DNA of 64,000 nt from Lingula anatina. Taxonomy: Eukaryota > Animalia > Brachiopoda. Below, in pieces: positions 1 to 12,513 of the stretch. The notes beneath the pieces were generated by a model that saw only the letters and a list, made by a program, of their open reading frames with translations, was not told where the DNA came from and did not search any database. Where the stretch lies: the NCBI GenBank assembly GCA_051362555.1, contig CM120647.1, forward strand, positions 6,696,001-6,760,000. The letters are read 5' to 3'. The number at the start of each line of letters is the position of its first letter. Position 1 is the first letter of the stretch. Both the position numbers and the translations under genes were made by a program.

Positions 1-1739
1 AGGCAAGAAAACATTAGTTAGAGGGTGAATCCAGTATTTTTACTTTTAATTAAAACATTTAATATATTTAATTTCCCAGTTTAATAACGGCGTGCTGTGC
101 AAAAGACTTCACCTAAGCGTCCGCGCCTAGGCTGCACTTTCTTCAGTGATGACGAACTATACCATCAGAGTTCTTTTAAATGCGTTCGACAATAAAGATG
201 TGTGAAATAGACACGTTATAGTAGACTGTACATAGCTTTTTCTAGTGTGTGGACAGGTACGTCTTCATAATATTAAATGTGTATATGCAAGCTGTGGCGC
301 TATCAGTTCATCTACTATCATGTGTACATTTACATGAAGTATCAATTCATAACGGTTTTATATGTCATGTTTGAGGGTTATCTTAAAAGATTTAGATTTT
401 TTAAATAAAAACTATTACATGAGACGCAGACTGCACGTCGGATAACTGATGAAATTATTTAGTACATGTACCTTATAAGGCATCAGGTACCACTTTTTCA
501 AATGTTCGGTTAAGGGGGGTGGCACAACTATGGTCTTTCCTCTGTAATTATAACCTAATTTTGTATGTTGAATAGGTGAGACAGGTATTTTCGACTCCCT
601 CCTAGACATCAATTAGACTGCTTACCACGTACTACACTAGTGTATATACAGACTTAATGACAGGTGCAAAAAGATCACACCTACGGAGTGACAAGTGTGA
701 AAATTCTGTCAAACTGAAACAAAACCGTCAGATCAAAAAACAATTATAGAAAGAGGGCACATTATTTGACATAGCGTATTTTTATAGTTTTCAGCCATTG
801 ACAAATTCCATTCAAATAAACTGTTTTCCATATATTGAATACTTTTCAGCATACATAAGACGATTAAAAATTACACCTTTAATAATTAACATATTTGTAT
901 TACTGGATCGATCTAAATACATGGCTAGATTATTTTATCATCCATTTCGTTTTTTCCATGCATGTACATGTATGCTTTGGTACATTATCTAAATAACTTA
1001 TTTATCTAAATTCACTGTCCAATTCACTTGTCATTAAGATCAGAATTATATAACTCAATAAATGAAAATTTTATTTATTTTATTATTATTATTATTATTA
1101 TTGATTTCGTCGTAAGTAGCAAACCCCTTGTAACACTTTTGGCCTCTTTTGGCCTCCAAACTTCATGCTTAAAGTGTTTTCTTTCTTTTTATTTTTCATT
1201 TTTTTCTTCGGATCTTTATAATGTTTATTTCGCGCATCTCCCCTGAATTTTTTTTCCGATACTACGTTAGATCCGTTGATTTCTCTGAAAATTCTTTTTG
1301 AAAGTTGGGCACTTTGTCAAACTGACTATACACAGTCACATCACGGTCATCACCCATTTACTAATACAGGTGGACGTAGTGTTGGACTAGGCATATTGAA
1401 GGCATGGAGGATATCGGAAAAGTGCATCCAATGTACGTGTAATAGCATGAAAATTTTGGTAATCAATTTTATTGAAAGACGTGTGTATTAAAAATGAGTC
1501 AAAGATCTGTTCGAATATCTTTAGTTTACAAAGTTATTAGTTACATAAGAACGTCACAACCGTAGTAAGTCGCTGATATGACTGTGTTTATTCATTTTGA
1601 TAAATTGGGGAATTACGATTGATACATCACAGTGGTTTTTGTGGGAACATTGTGCTCAAGATTCTTACTGACCAAAGAGATAAGCGGAGTTGGTCCATTT
1701 CAACTCTTAAGTTTTCCAGAGACAGCACAATATTGGACA

Positions 1740-2589
1740 ATATCAGAGTTAGAAATTCTGTTATCACAACAAGCAAAGAAGTTAGAAACCTGGATGTAAT
1801 TCTCAACAACAATTAATTGTGACATGACTACAAAGGGTGTTAATCATCATAATTTAGTCTACAACGAATATCTAAGATGCTTCACCTCATGGCCAGAAAT
1901 GCGCAGCATTCACGCGATACGCGAGGGCGCTACAGTAGGGCTTCACGTGACTCAAATAGCCAATCACAGCACAACAATGGCATCGCACACAGACTCTGTG
2001 ATAAGTGCTCAGCCCATTGTCAAGTAGTGTTAGTTAATGGTAACAAGCGTCTGACATGTGCAGAGAAGTTTATTGTAATATATATTGTTGTTATTGTTAC
2101 ATTATTAAATCTAACTCTGTATCCAAGTAGTAACTATACTGTACCAAGTCAGGTACTGATAATGTGCAGAGGTCATATATTCCAGAATAAGCCATTACCA
2201 CTAATTTATAACTTTAATTTTGTTTAATATGTTATTCATGAAAGAGTTCATGAAAGATTATTTTAATTTGTTAAATCGTGATCTTATTCTTTTTATATTC
2301 AAGTAATTGAATAATGTGGGTAAAATTGGTCTTCCACTTCTTATTTGCATTTTCCTTTACTACAAGATTATTTTGGAACAGTTGCAGCATTAAAATTTAA
2401 AATAAATAGCAATCTGAAAGAAGAATTTTGCATTATTATTAAATGATGATAGGAATTTTGGATTAAGAGACTAGTTAAATACTGAGTAGTGATATTGTCA
2501 TTCAATTTATGTAGAATCTGATAATATGATTGAAAATACTGATTGAATTCTTGGCCTTGCACTGGGCAGTTTCACATTTGTGCCAAGTG

Positions 2590-2637
<48 letters not shown>

Positions 2638-3700
2638 ACTCCATTGTACAGTGGTAAAAGTTCTTCAATTGCCATGAAAGTTTTTAATCAGACTCTGCAT
2701 GGTGCTGCTATCTGCTGGTGCTATCGGCAACGAATGAGTTTGCCTTTGTTTCTGAGTGAATCTACCGTCTAAAATAACTATTTCTGAAAATATGTGCGTT
2801 TTGCTGAGGGTAGGCTAGGCAATACACGGCAAACTTCTTAGTACGTGTGTACAACAGAATTTTTTTTAAAACCCTAGCGATATTTGGTCAGGAGTTGCTT
2901 GAAGCATAGCACAGCGTTGCTGTTTATCGGCATCAGGCCGTTGGTTTGTCAATTGTCACGAATTACCCACGAATCGCGAACCCATTCATTTTCCTATGGC
3001 AATCTAGCAACTCATTAAAAGTGCACGCATGCGCAGTGGGCTAAGCGTGACGTCATGCAGTGCATTTCTGGGGATGTAATTAACAGCAAGCAAGCAGATC
3101 TAATCATCCATGTATTTGTGATTTCTAGACTCGTTTATTGCAACGGCCTTTTGTTTGGAATACCTACCTGTAACTATCAAATGGAAAAAAAACTGCAGTT
3201 TATTCAAAATTCGACAGCTCGTCTCCGTCGAAAAACTCAAAAGTCTGACCACATCTCGCCAGTTTCCCGCGGTCTTCATTGGTTACCAGTCTCTCAAAGA
3301 ATAGTTTATAAGATTTGCTCATGACTTTTAACATTTTAAAGGGCGACTTTCCATTTTATATGAACAATATAATATAACTTTTAACTCCTCTTAGAACTCT
3401 TCGTTCCAGTGGCCAATTTTAACTCAAAGGAAGTACCAAAAAACTCAAAAAACATATGGTCATATGAGTTTCGAGATTGCTGCACCAATTTTATCGTCCA
3501 ATTTATTGAACGACTCTTATTACTGTTTTAAAAATAATTTAAAAACCTTTTCATGAATATTTTGGTTAACGTTTATCTCTCAGTTTTAAATAATTTTTGG
3601 TAGTTTTTAATTAATCTTTGTAGTTCTAGCTTTTATATGTAAGTGCAAAGAGCGATGAGACGCAAGTGGAGCGCGGTTTTAAGAAATTCTTCTTCTTTTT
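1740..3700 (+). mobile_element. Degenerate L2/CR1-group LINE 3' fragment, interrupted by a TIR element
   Basis: VRNLDVILNN...SRLVYCNGLLFGIP..KLQFIQNSTARL..HISPVSRGLHWLPVSQRIVYKI is a typical CR1/L2 RT C-terminus; simple-repeat tail near 3690. Confidence 0.75.
1893..3071. mobile_element. Non-autonomous TIR element inserted in the LINE fragment
   Basis: Ends ccagaaatgcgcagcat / atgcagtgcatttctgg. The paralogous LINE copy at ~35540-35590 lacks the insert (empty site). Confidence 0.55.
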
Positions 3701-4228
3701 CTTACAAGGTATTATTAGTGGGTTTGATCTTCTCTACAGTCCAACCCATATCGCGTGTGCTCAGTAGGGTTAATACTATGGCTAAAAGATGGTTGCCCCA
3801 TCTTCGGAACATTGCGCTTCTGCAACAACTGCACTCAACAGACGAGAACTGCGAACAAGTGCATTGTCACGATGAAACCAGTAGTGTCCCTGAACTCACC
3901 TGCTGCAAATAGAGTGAGAAGTCTGTTGAAAATGTCACGTGTTTAAGGAATTGATGGTGGTATTTTATGTGCATTGCGAAAGTACAGAGGTTTACTCTTG
4001 CTTATGGTGTGTACCATGTATCTTAACCACACCTTGTGTGTTCTTTTGAACCCCCACTTTTTACAAAGAAAAAGAAACGAAATAAATACATGACAAAATA
4101 TTGGCTTCTGAATATTTATTTTAAATAGGAGGTTGTGTTATACAAATCTCCTACTATTGACTGAATATTTCAAAGATAATAACTGTTCATTTCATAATAT
4201 CATATAAATAGGATTGCGTTTGTTAATG

Positions 4229-5486
4229 TTATGCACCAAAAAACAAAGAATCTTCATAACCGTTGCAGAAATAATCAACACCGGCTTTGACAAACTCTTT
4301 TTTGTCGATGCTACCACTTTGATTTTCGTCGACATAACTGAATGAATCATTGAAACCTTTGTGAACATTGAATACTTGAAGGAAGGCTTTGTGCTCGAAG
4401 ACGTTCAATTCTTTATCATCGTTTTCATCTGCTGCTTGAAATACACCCTTTGCCCAAAGTTTGACCAACGGCTGATATCTGTCGGTATTATATAGTGCCA
4501 CTTCGCTCAAAATGAAATCCGTCACGTCCAATCTTGCCAGAAAGTTGTCTTCGGGGATGTGCCAAAAGGACGACCACGCTTTGGAGACAGTCTCATTGAA
4601 AGCGTTGACCTTTTCCGCCCCAAAATATACTCTTGCTCTTTCAACAGCCCTGTTGACATAGTCATCTTTGTCCACAAAACCGTCACTGTCAGCGTCCAAA
4701 AGGTTAAAGAAGCGGGGCAATTTAAAACGCCGTTTATCCCCTTTGTCCAGACCTTCCTGTAGTTAATGAAATGTATAATTATAATAATTAAACGATGTTT
4801 GTCTTAATGGAATTTTAGATTATTCATAGAAAAAATACTATTTGTGGAAGATACACATTTAGCATAACCTTCGCGTATATTTACCACATATTGTTGTGAT
4901 GAATACGAATTAAGACACTAATTCTCCTAACGTGATATTGGTACTCATTTGAAAGGGATCTCTAGAGATTGGAATTCGATTGATGCGTGAGATTTGTCAC
5001 AAACATGGTCAACAAAAGCAAGATGAGGTAACTCTCCAGGATGCACAAGAGATATATCCATAATAGCGTTTCTACAACAAATATAAAATATTTCATTCGT
5101 TGCTTATTATCAAACTATTTTGCCAAGTCATATTTCAGTGCTCTTGACAGGCAACTGCAGATTTACACTTTATCTCATGGCCAGTTAGTTATATATGGTA
5201 AATTTGGAATTATTCTACGTTTGATTTGGCAAAGAAGCAGCCGTAATTGTCCATATATCAACCAACCTATACATTTTCTTTGTATTTTTTTTTCTTTAAT
5301 GCATTCATGTTCTATGCGATGTAAACTAGAATGGATATTTAAGCGCATCCCTGCATCATTTTAAAATGCTACATCAACTACAAAAAAACTTACCTTCTGA
5401 CCATTCTGGGGTCCACTACATATGTTTCCCATTACACCGTTCACAGCCACCAACAACAAGAACCAGAGCAAACCTGAAAGAAGCAT
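4229..5486 (-). CDS. Secreted SCP/aequorin-fold EF-hand Ca-binding protein, paralog 1 (206 aa; exons 5394-5486, 4229-4756)
   Basis: Exon 1 MLLSGLLWFLLLVAVNGVMGNICSGPQNGQK (signal peptide) ends AAG|gtaag. Phase-0 acceptor ctacag|GAA gives EGLDKGDKRRFKLPRFFNLLD. EF loops DADSDGFVDKDD, DENDDKELNVFE and DENQSGSIDKKE; EF2 is degenerate; C-terminus EFVKAGVDYFCN...SLFFGA resembles invertebrate SCPs. Confidence 0.88.
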
Positions 5487-5564
5487 GTTTCCTGTATAGT
5501 GAACTAGTTAATCGTCAATGGGTCTGTGTTCCGTGCAAAAGTGTTACGTAACGGAACAGCAGTT

Positions 5565-5574
5565 TATTTAAATA
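5565..5574 (-). promoter_or_regulatory. TATA-like box (TATTTAAATA) of EF-hand paralog 1
   Basis: About 80 nt upstream of the ATG. The same element sits at the equivalent position in the other paralogs (10697-10706 variant, 20617-20626, 29974-29983). Confidence 0.55.
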
Positions 5575-5804
5575 GGCCGTTTCCGGCTTAGTCCGAGGTG
5601 TATCTTATCGAATCAACTGTGAACACGTAGTAAATGGGGGCTGTCCAAGATACAAGAACAGATATTCGTGCCCTCAATATTATTGAGCTCTCTTCCTTAC
5701 GGGTGAAGACTTATTTTTGTGTTTCATATTCGCACAACATGCTATCTAAAAATGAATATACCTACCTGCTGTATTGTATTCTTGAAGTACTTCGTTAAAG
5801 AGAC

Positions 5805-6217
5805 AATTCCCACAGATATTTGGATCGATCTATTAACCTGGGGAGTCTCACTAAATTGCTATCAACTCATCCGGCTGAAATGTCTGTTACGCCTAGTAAG
5901 TAAAGCTGTTAAGGGGTAATTATCTGTAGCTGATTCGGTAGGCGTGACAGACATTTAAACCGGTTTATTGACAGCAATTTAGTGAGACTTCCCAGGGAGT
6001 TAGACCGATCCAGATGGGTCGATCTAGGACCCCATTTCCATAGATTTTAGACAGATCTATCCCTGTGGGGATTCTCACTAGACTACTGTCAGCTTAGCCG
6101 GCTTAAGCGTCTGTCCCGCCTACTGAAAGCTGTAAGGGGGTAATTAACCCGAGGGGGGTTAGTTGGATCTAAATCTTAATCCCTGGATCGATCTAAATCT
6201 CTGGGAATACACCCTAG
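5805..6217. mobile_element. Hairpin MITE family, two adjacent copies; related copies at ~23600-23817, ~38700-38910 and ~42968-43222
   Basis: Internal inverted repeats with shared motifs gatcgatcta, ctcactaaattgc/gcaatttagtgag and cgcctactgaaagctg/cagcttcagtaggcg. Confidence 0.6.
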
Positions 6218-7025
6218 GTATGGGAACCCAGGCTAACATTTTTCGTGGTGTTTTCATTGCCGTAATGATGAAGAAATAGAAATAATTCAATCGGCTTTAA
6301 AACACAGTGAATGGTCTGGCTACCACGTACACACCGGCCTACCATAGACTGATAACAATGAAGTATGATAAATGATTCCATTCAACACAATATTTAACAA
6401 CCTGTATAACGTGTTGATGCTGGCCTTCGTTTGTGCAAATGCACAGGATGCTTAATATATACAGGTAATGTTGATTTCCAAAACAGTTTACGCCTAAAGT
6501 AAATTCAATTCTCTACTGAGCTATAGAACAGATACTCAATTTACCAATCGACCCACTTCGTCAGCTAGAATAAATGATTATTAAGACAAAATACAATCAC
6601 AATTTAATATACATTGGCGCGTTTTAGTTGTATGGCCATACTTTAACCTCATAAGGCCGGTAACCGCACATGTGCTGTTCTTTCTTATATGTCCCTAGGG
6701 CCGGTTACGGCACATATGCGGTTATAACTTTTCTTGCATGTTATGACCCCCTATTGTCACCTGATATATAAAAAATCGCTTTAAAAGCACCTGGTTATCT
6801 GTCAGTTCAGTCATAATTGTTCCTAATTAGAGGTTGTTAATCGCCAGAAATTGGGATTTTATCGCACCCTGTTAAAATTGCTGTCAACGGGTGTATTCCA
6901 AATGACGGAGCTCTGTAGGAAGAAACGTATGGCAGGGGAGAAATTTTAAGAATTACTGGAAAACTCTGATTATGATTATGAAAAATAGGAAGTAAAGTTT
7001 ATTACTTTGTACACTGTGTATTCCA

Positions 7026-7333
7026 CATTCGTCTCAGTGCAGTTGGCATTAGGCGTTCGGCCCCGATACAGGCTGGGTGTCTGTATTCTCACCCTCCTGG
7101 GGAGGATACAGCCCAGCTGGCGCATAAAGTGCTGAAACCTAGCAAACGATTAATACATTTTATTGACACAACAGGATCTTTTCCCTGCTCCAACCCATGC
7201 ATGTTGCTGCCAAAGGGATGGGGTGGGGTGGGTGTGGGGGCAGAGGGTACCATTTATGAAGGACTGGCTGCCCCAGACTGAGCCGAGCCCACGTCCACCC
7301 ACTCTGGAAGTGGACATTCTGATCACAAGGCCA
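7026..7333 (-). mobile_element. Probable tRNA-derived SINE
   Basis: The minus strand begins with a tRNA-like head (ggccttgtgatcagaatgtccacttccagag..gtgggctcggctc) followed by a GC-rich core. Family not assigned. Confidence 0.4.
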
Positions 7334-8249
7334 TTCCGTCTGTAATATTGTGATATACCCCGGTACTTATATCATTTGCTGATAACAAGAAGGGGGGGTG
7401 AATTTTCATATTGATATACACGGTAGTTGATTTTATTGAACAGATAAATTCAAGGTGACTAAATGAGTCAATTGGTAAAAACACTACCTGGTTTATAGAC
7501 AAGTACAGAGAGTTCCTTAGTTAACACAATGTTTTGGGAATCATCAACAACTGTGTCTATTATTCATTTTCTTTAAACAACACATAGACATCAGCACCAG
7601 CATTATGTAATACCCGTAGATATATTGTTAAATATTGTGTTGAGAAGAACCATTTCTCAGAACTTCTATAGCCGTATGACAGTAAAAATGACAATAAAAA
7701 TACCACAAATGTTTTTCAAATGTTTTTATTATTCAAAAACTAGTTGTCTGAGACAGACAGTAGGGAATAGAGAAATGAGTCGTGGCCTGAAAAGAGGGGA
7801 GCTCGGCACTTGGAGCTGCTATTTTTAACTGCGTGTTCAATGGCGACTGGAGTCATTATGCCTTTAGAACCGGCGAAAACGACTCCATATTGAAACTATT
7901 TACTTAATAGAAACATACATATGTGCCACAAATGCACAGAGCGCAAATCTATCGACAGTTGACTTGCTTAGCATAAAAGAATGATGTTTCTACTTGCATG
8001 GCTGGTTTGGTTGTTGTTGGTGGTTGTTCATGGCGTGCCAGGCGAAATGCTTTTGTGATGAACTATTAATTGTGTTCGGGTTCATTCAGGTACAATCGTT
8101 TTCTTTTTCCAAAGTCTCTTTCCGAAGATCGGTTGTTCCTTTCACACGTTGTCGGAAAGACGTTTGTCACTATAGTCTTGGAATAAGACATATGTCATGC
8201 TTTCATGAGGTCAGGTCAGGCTCCACCTGCTACTGGTATCATGTAAACC

Positions 8250-8399
8250 AGGGCTCCGTATCTCGAAAGATTCGCCATGTTGCGCACGTGCGCAAGCGTC
8301 TCGACTCCATGGCCCCGTATCTCGAAATAGAATCGGTTATGGAATCGAGACACTTGCGCACGTGCACATCATAGCGAACCTTTCGAGATACGGAGCACA
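8250..8399. mobile_element. Small hairpin MITE
   Basis: gctccgtatctcgaaag...ctttcgagatacggagc terminal inverted repeats, plus internal inverted repeats. A similar element lies at ~45850-45992. Confidence 0.55.
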
Positions 8400-9154
8400 G
8401 TACTACCTGCCCCATGGTCGGGTGGTCGACGACTTAACCGGCTCCCCCACTTGGTTTCCTCGGTGACCTCGTGAGGAGGGTGTGTGGACACAACCAGGAC
8501 TAAAATCAAGACCTGTCAGAGGGCTGATGTGTCCCAATCGAGCCAACGGCCATCCACAATGTACGTGGAAATGCGTGAAATATTTGGTAGTCATTTGGTA
8601 AAGACGTGAATTTTTTTTTTAATATGAGACAAAGATATGTTCGAATATCTTTACTTTTCGAAGTTAGACGTTACATAGCAGCGCCGCAACCGTAGTGATG
8701 TGACTGTGTATATTCATTTTGATAAACCCAGGAATTACGCATGATTTATCACGGCCGTTTTGTTGAAAAACTGTGCTGAACGTGCTTACTGCATGACTAA
8801 GAGATTGGTGGAGTTGGTTCTACTTTTTACTATATGGCCAGTAGGGTAAATAGGTATAATACTAGGGCTTGAAGATGGTTGCTTCATCTTCGGAACATTG
8901 CGTTTCAGCAACAAATACACTCAACAGACGAAAACTGTGAGCAAGTGTACTGTCACCATGAAACCTCTTTTTAATGGAGTGAGATGTCTGTTGAAAATGT
9001 CACGTGTGAAAGGAACTGATAGCTGTATTCTATATTTATTTCATATCAGTTTGTCTCGTTATCCAAACCTCGTACTTATATTGACACTGAATATTTCAAA
9101 GATAATATTGGTAATTTTTACAATAACAGATCAATAGGATTGTGTTTAGTAATG

Positions 9155-10618
9155 TTATTCACAAAAAAACAAAGAATCGTTATAACGGTTGCAAAAATAA
9201 TCAATAGCGGCTGTGATAAATTCTCCATCGTTGATGCTTCTATTTTGATTTTCGTCAACATAACTAAATGACTTATAGAAGCCCTTGTCAACATTGAATA
9301 CTCGAAGGAAGTCCTTGTGCTCCAAGAAGTTCAGCTCTTCATCATCGTCTTCATCTGCTGCGCTAAATACACCCTTTGCCCAGAATTTGACCGACGGCTG
9401 AAACATGGTGGTATTAAATATTGACACATGAGTCGAAATGAAATCCAACACGTCAAAGCATTGTTGAAAGTCGTTTTCTGGTATGGACCAAAGTGAAGAC
9501 CATGCTCTGGAGACTGTCTCGTTGAAAGCGTCGATCTTTTCTGGCGCAAAATATCCCATGGCTCTTTCAACAGACTTGTTGATATATTCATGTTTGTCCA
9601 CAAAGCCGTCGTTGTCAGCGTCCAATAAGTTAAAAAAGCGGATTTATTTATCACGCCGTTTATCCCCTTCCTCCAGATCTTCCTGGAGTTTATAAATTGT
9701 GCCATAAATACGTTTGTATTAATAATATATAATATTATTTATTTAAAAAACTACTTGTGAAAAGCAATCACACAATATATCCTAAGCGTGGATTTAACAC
9801 ATATTGTGTATAAGACATTGATTCCACCCGCTGTTGCCCCTATTTGAACGTGACCACTGGAAACTGGAGTTAAATTGTTGCGTAAAATTTAATGACACAA
9901 ATCACGCCGTTTATCCCCTCCTCCAGATGTTCCTGTAGTTTATAAAATGTGTCATCAATACGGTTGTCTTAATAATCTTAAAAGATTATTCATTATTATC
10001 TATTTGTGGAAAATACACACACAATTTATCCTAAGCGTGAATTTAACACATTGTTGTGTAAAAAGACATTGATTGCACCTATTTGACGTGACCATTGGAA
10101 ACTGGAGTTAAACTGATGCGTGAAATTTAATGACACAAAATATGTTCAACAACACCAAGATGAGGTTATTCCCCAAGATACACGGAGATACGCACGTTTT
10201 GGCAACCAACCAAAATTATTTTAAGTCCTGCTTATTATCAGAATATTTGGTCAAGTTATATTCAGGACTCTTAGCAGTCAACTGCAAATTTACATTTTAT
10301 TTAATAGCAAATTAGTTACATATCATAAATTTCGTAAATATTCTTCATTCGGTTTTGAAAAAAAGAGCCTTAATTGTCCTTAATTATATCAAACTACCTA
10401 TATATTTTGTTTGTGACCTTTTTTCCTTCATGCATTCATGAACTATGTAAAATAGAATAGAATTGGTATGTAAGCTCATCCCTTCATTATTTCAAAATGA
10501 TACATTTATTTTAAAAAATCCTTACCCTTTGACCATTCTGGTGTCCACCACATGACGTTCCCATTGCACCGTTCACAGCCACCAACAACAAGAACCAGAG
10601 CAAACCTGAAAGAAACAT
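9155..10618 (-). pseudogene. Secreted EF-hand paralog 2, probable pseudogene (exons 10526-10618, 9155-9682; in-frame TAA at 9644-9646)
   Basis: Exon 1 MFLSGLLWFLLLVAVNGAMGTSCGGHQNGQR|gtaag is intact. Exon 2 reads EDLEEGDKRRDK*IRFFNLLD where paralogs have KL(P/A)RFF. The rest of exon 2 is open and the same length (528 nt). Confidence 0.8.
9650..10140. repeat. Local tandem duplication (~250 bp) covering the exon-2 acceptor region of paralog 2
   Basis: atcacgccgtttatccc..ctccagat..tcctg.agtttataa occurs at ~9650 and again at ~9901, each followed by similar intron sequence. Confidence 0.75.
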
Positions 10619-11602
10619 GTTGCTTGTACGCCGAGCAAGTTAATCGTCAATGGGTCTGAGTCTGAGCAAAAGTGTAGACGTATCGGTACAGCACTTTGTT
10701 TAAATAGGTTATTTTCGGTTTAGTCAGAGGTGAATCTTACCAAATCGACTTCAAACACGTAGTAAATGGGGGCAGTCCAAAAAGGGCACTTGGTTTATCA
10801 TTTTGTGCCGTTTTCATTGCCATACTGCTGCAGATTTAAAATAATCCCATTGGGTTTAAAACACAATTAATGGTCTGGGTAGCACGTGCACACGGGCTTA
10901 CCAATAGACTGATAACAATTAACTATGGTAAATGTACCAGTCAACACAATATTTAACAACCCATATTACGTGCTGATGCTGGCCTTCGATTGTGCAAATA
11001 CACAGGATGCGAAGTACATATAGGTAAGCTTGATTTCCAAAACATTCGTCGCCTGAGGGTAAACTTAATTCTGTACTGAGCTATAGATCAGATGTCTCTT
11101 CTTACTAATACACCCATTTTTTTTTCAGCTAGAAAAACTGGATACTGAGACATAATAAAATCGCTATTTGATATCCGGATTTCCGGATATTGCTGAATGA
11201 AGCTCTGAAAATGAACATATTAACAGTATATTTTACTACGGGATTCTTCGTCATCCCACACAGTATTCCATTTCGCCAAAAACGTTTCCCCTTATACCAG
11301 GTAAATCAATTTCAACAGAAACTGGTGTGTTGTCAATTCATGGCCATTCGTGGGATTCATGGTCTGTGTGAAATAGGGGCATAAAGCAATAAGGAAAAGA
11401 GTGCAGTGTTTGGTCTAAATCCGTTATTGCATGTAGAAACATAAAAATCCACAATTACCGAGAAGTAATTTCTAGCTCTACTTCGATAACTTGATTACCT
11501 GTGTGTTCTTATATAGATTGCCTTTTATGCTTTCTGACTTCTTGAATGGTTAAACGAACCACGGCAACGTGCGAACAGGTGAACTGCCTGAAGTACGTTT
11601 TG

Positions 11603-11605
<3 letters not shown>

Positions 11606-11652
<47 letters not shown>
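11606..11652. repeat. (TA)n microsatellite
   Basis: Directly visible. Confidence 0.9.
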
Positions 11653-11655
<3 letters not shown>

Positions 11656-12513
11656 TGACTGATTACCAGCTTATTCATCATGTGACATTGTCGAGGAATG
11701 TCTAGAATTTGTATTTGCTTCCCAAGCTGTATGTGTGTCAAAAATAATTTTAAAGTTATAATGCATACAATGCACATTTTTTCGATGTATCAGAGGAAGA
11801 AAGACTGACGTAGTCTTCTCATATATGAAAAGAAAATATAAAAGGCACATATATTGATAACTGGTAACGTTATGGAAATAAAAACGTGCATAATCCGTGC
11901 TTCATGCTTTTGCTGATAAAAAAACATTATTTTCGTATATCGATATTTATTGCTACATATAATTTTATTTCAAATGACAGTATCAATCTCACCACATCAA
12001 GCTTGTAACCCCCCAACTTCTCCGCCTTCTTGGTAAAATCCTTTTTTCCTCGTTAAATAATTATATCGTGAGTAATTAAGCTTTCGATTTGGATTATTCT
12101 TTTGCAAAAGAGGACATACTGTTTTCTCCATGTCGTCACTTTAAAACACTTAAACTGAGGACCAAAAATCATGTTTAATCAAAGCACCCAGAACAGTCCC
12201 CAGTTTCACAAAAAGAAGAAGAAAAACAAAGTCAGTTCCCTGGCTTAGTTGACTAGGATTTCCATGAGAGAGCTGTAACACTGTTTCTAAATATTGTAAA
12301 ATATGCAAATGGGATCTTGTAACGTTGGAAATTAAGTTCATAGCCAGGGATTATACGCATCCTTGAGTTTTTTCGCCTTATTCAAGATAAAAAATAAACA
12401 TCAAGATATCACCGGGTATATTGGACGTTCGTCTGCCGAATACAAGGAAAGACCCTGAACTATCCACCGTCCACGAGACTTTATTCAGCATAATACACGT
12501 CCTATTTCTGTAT

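Noticed and set aside
4229-4720. ORF-track starts (TTG read as Met) for the 163-aa EF-hand ORFs, also at 21375 and 33906
   Set aside because: These are internal Leu codons of exon 2; the real start is in the upstream signal-peptide exon.
6642-7000. Possible piggyBac-like 5' end (ttaa-cctcataaggccgg...)
   Set aside because: No matching right terminus or transposase found, so too weak to annotate.
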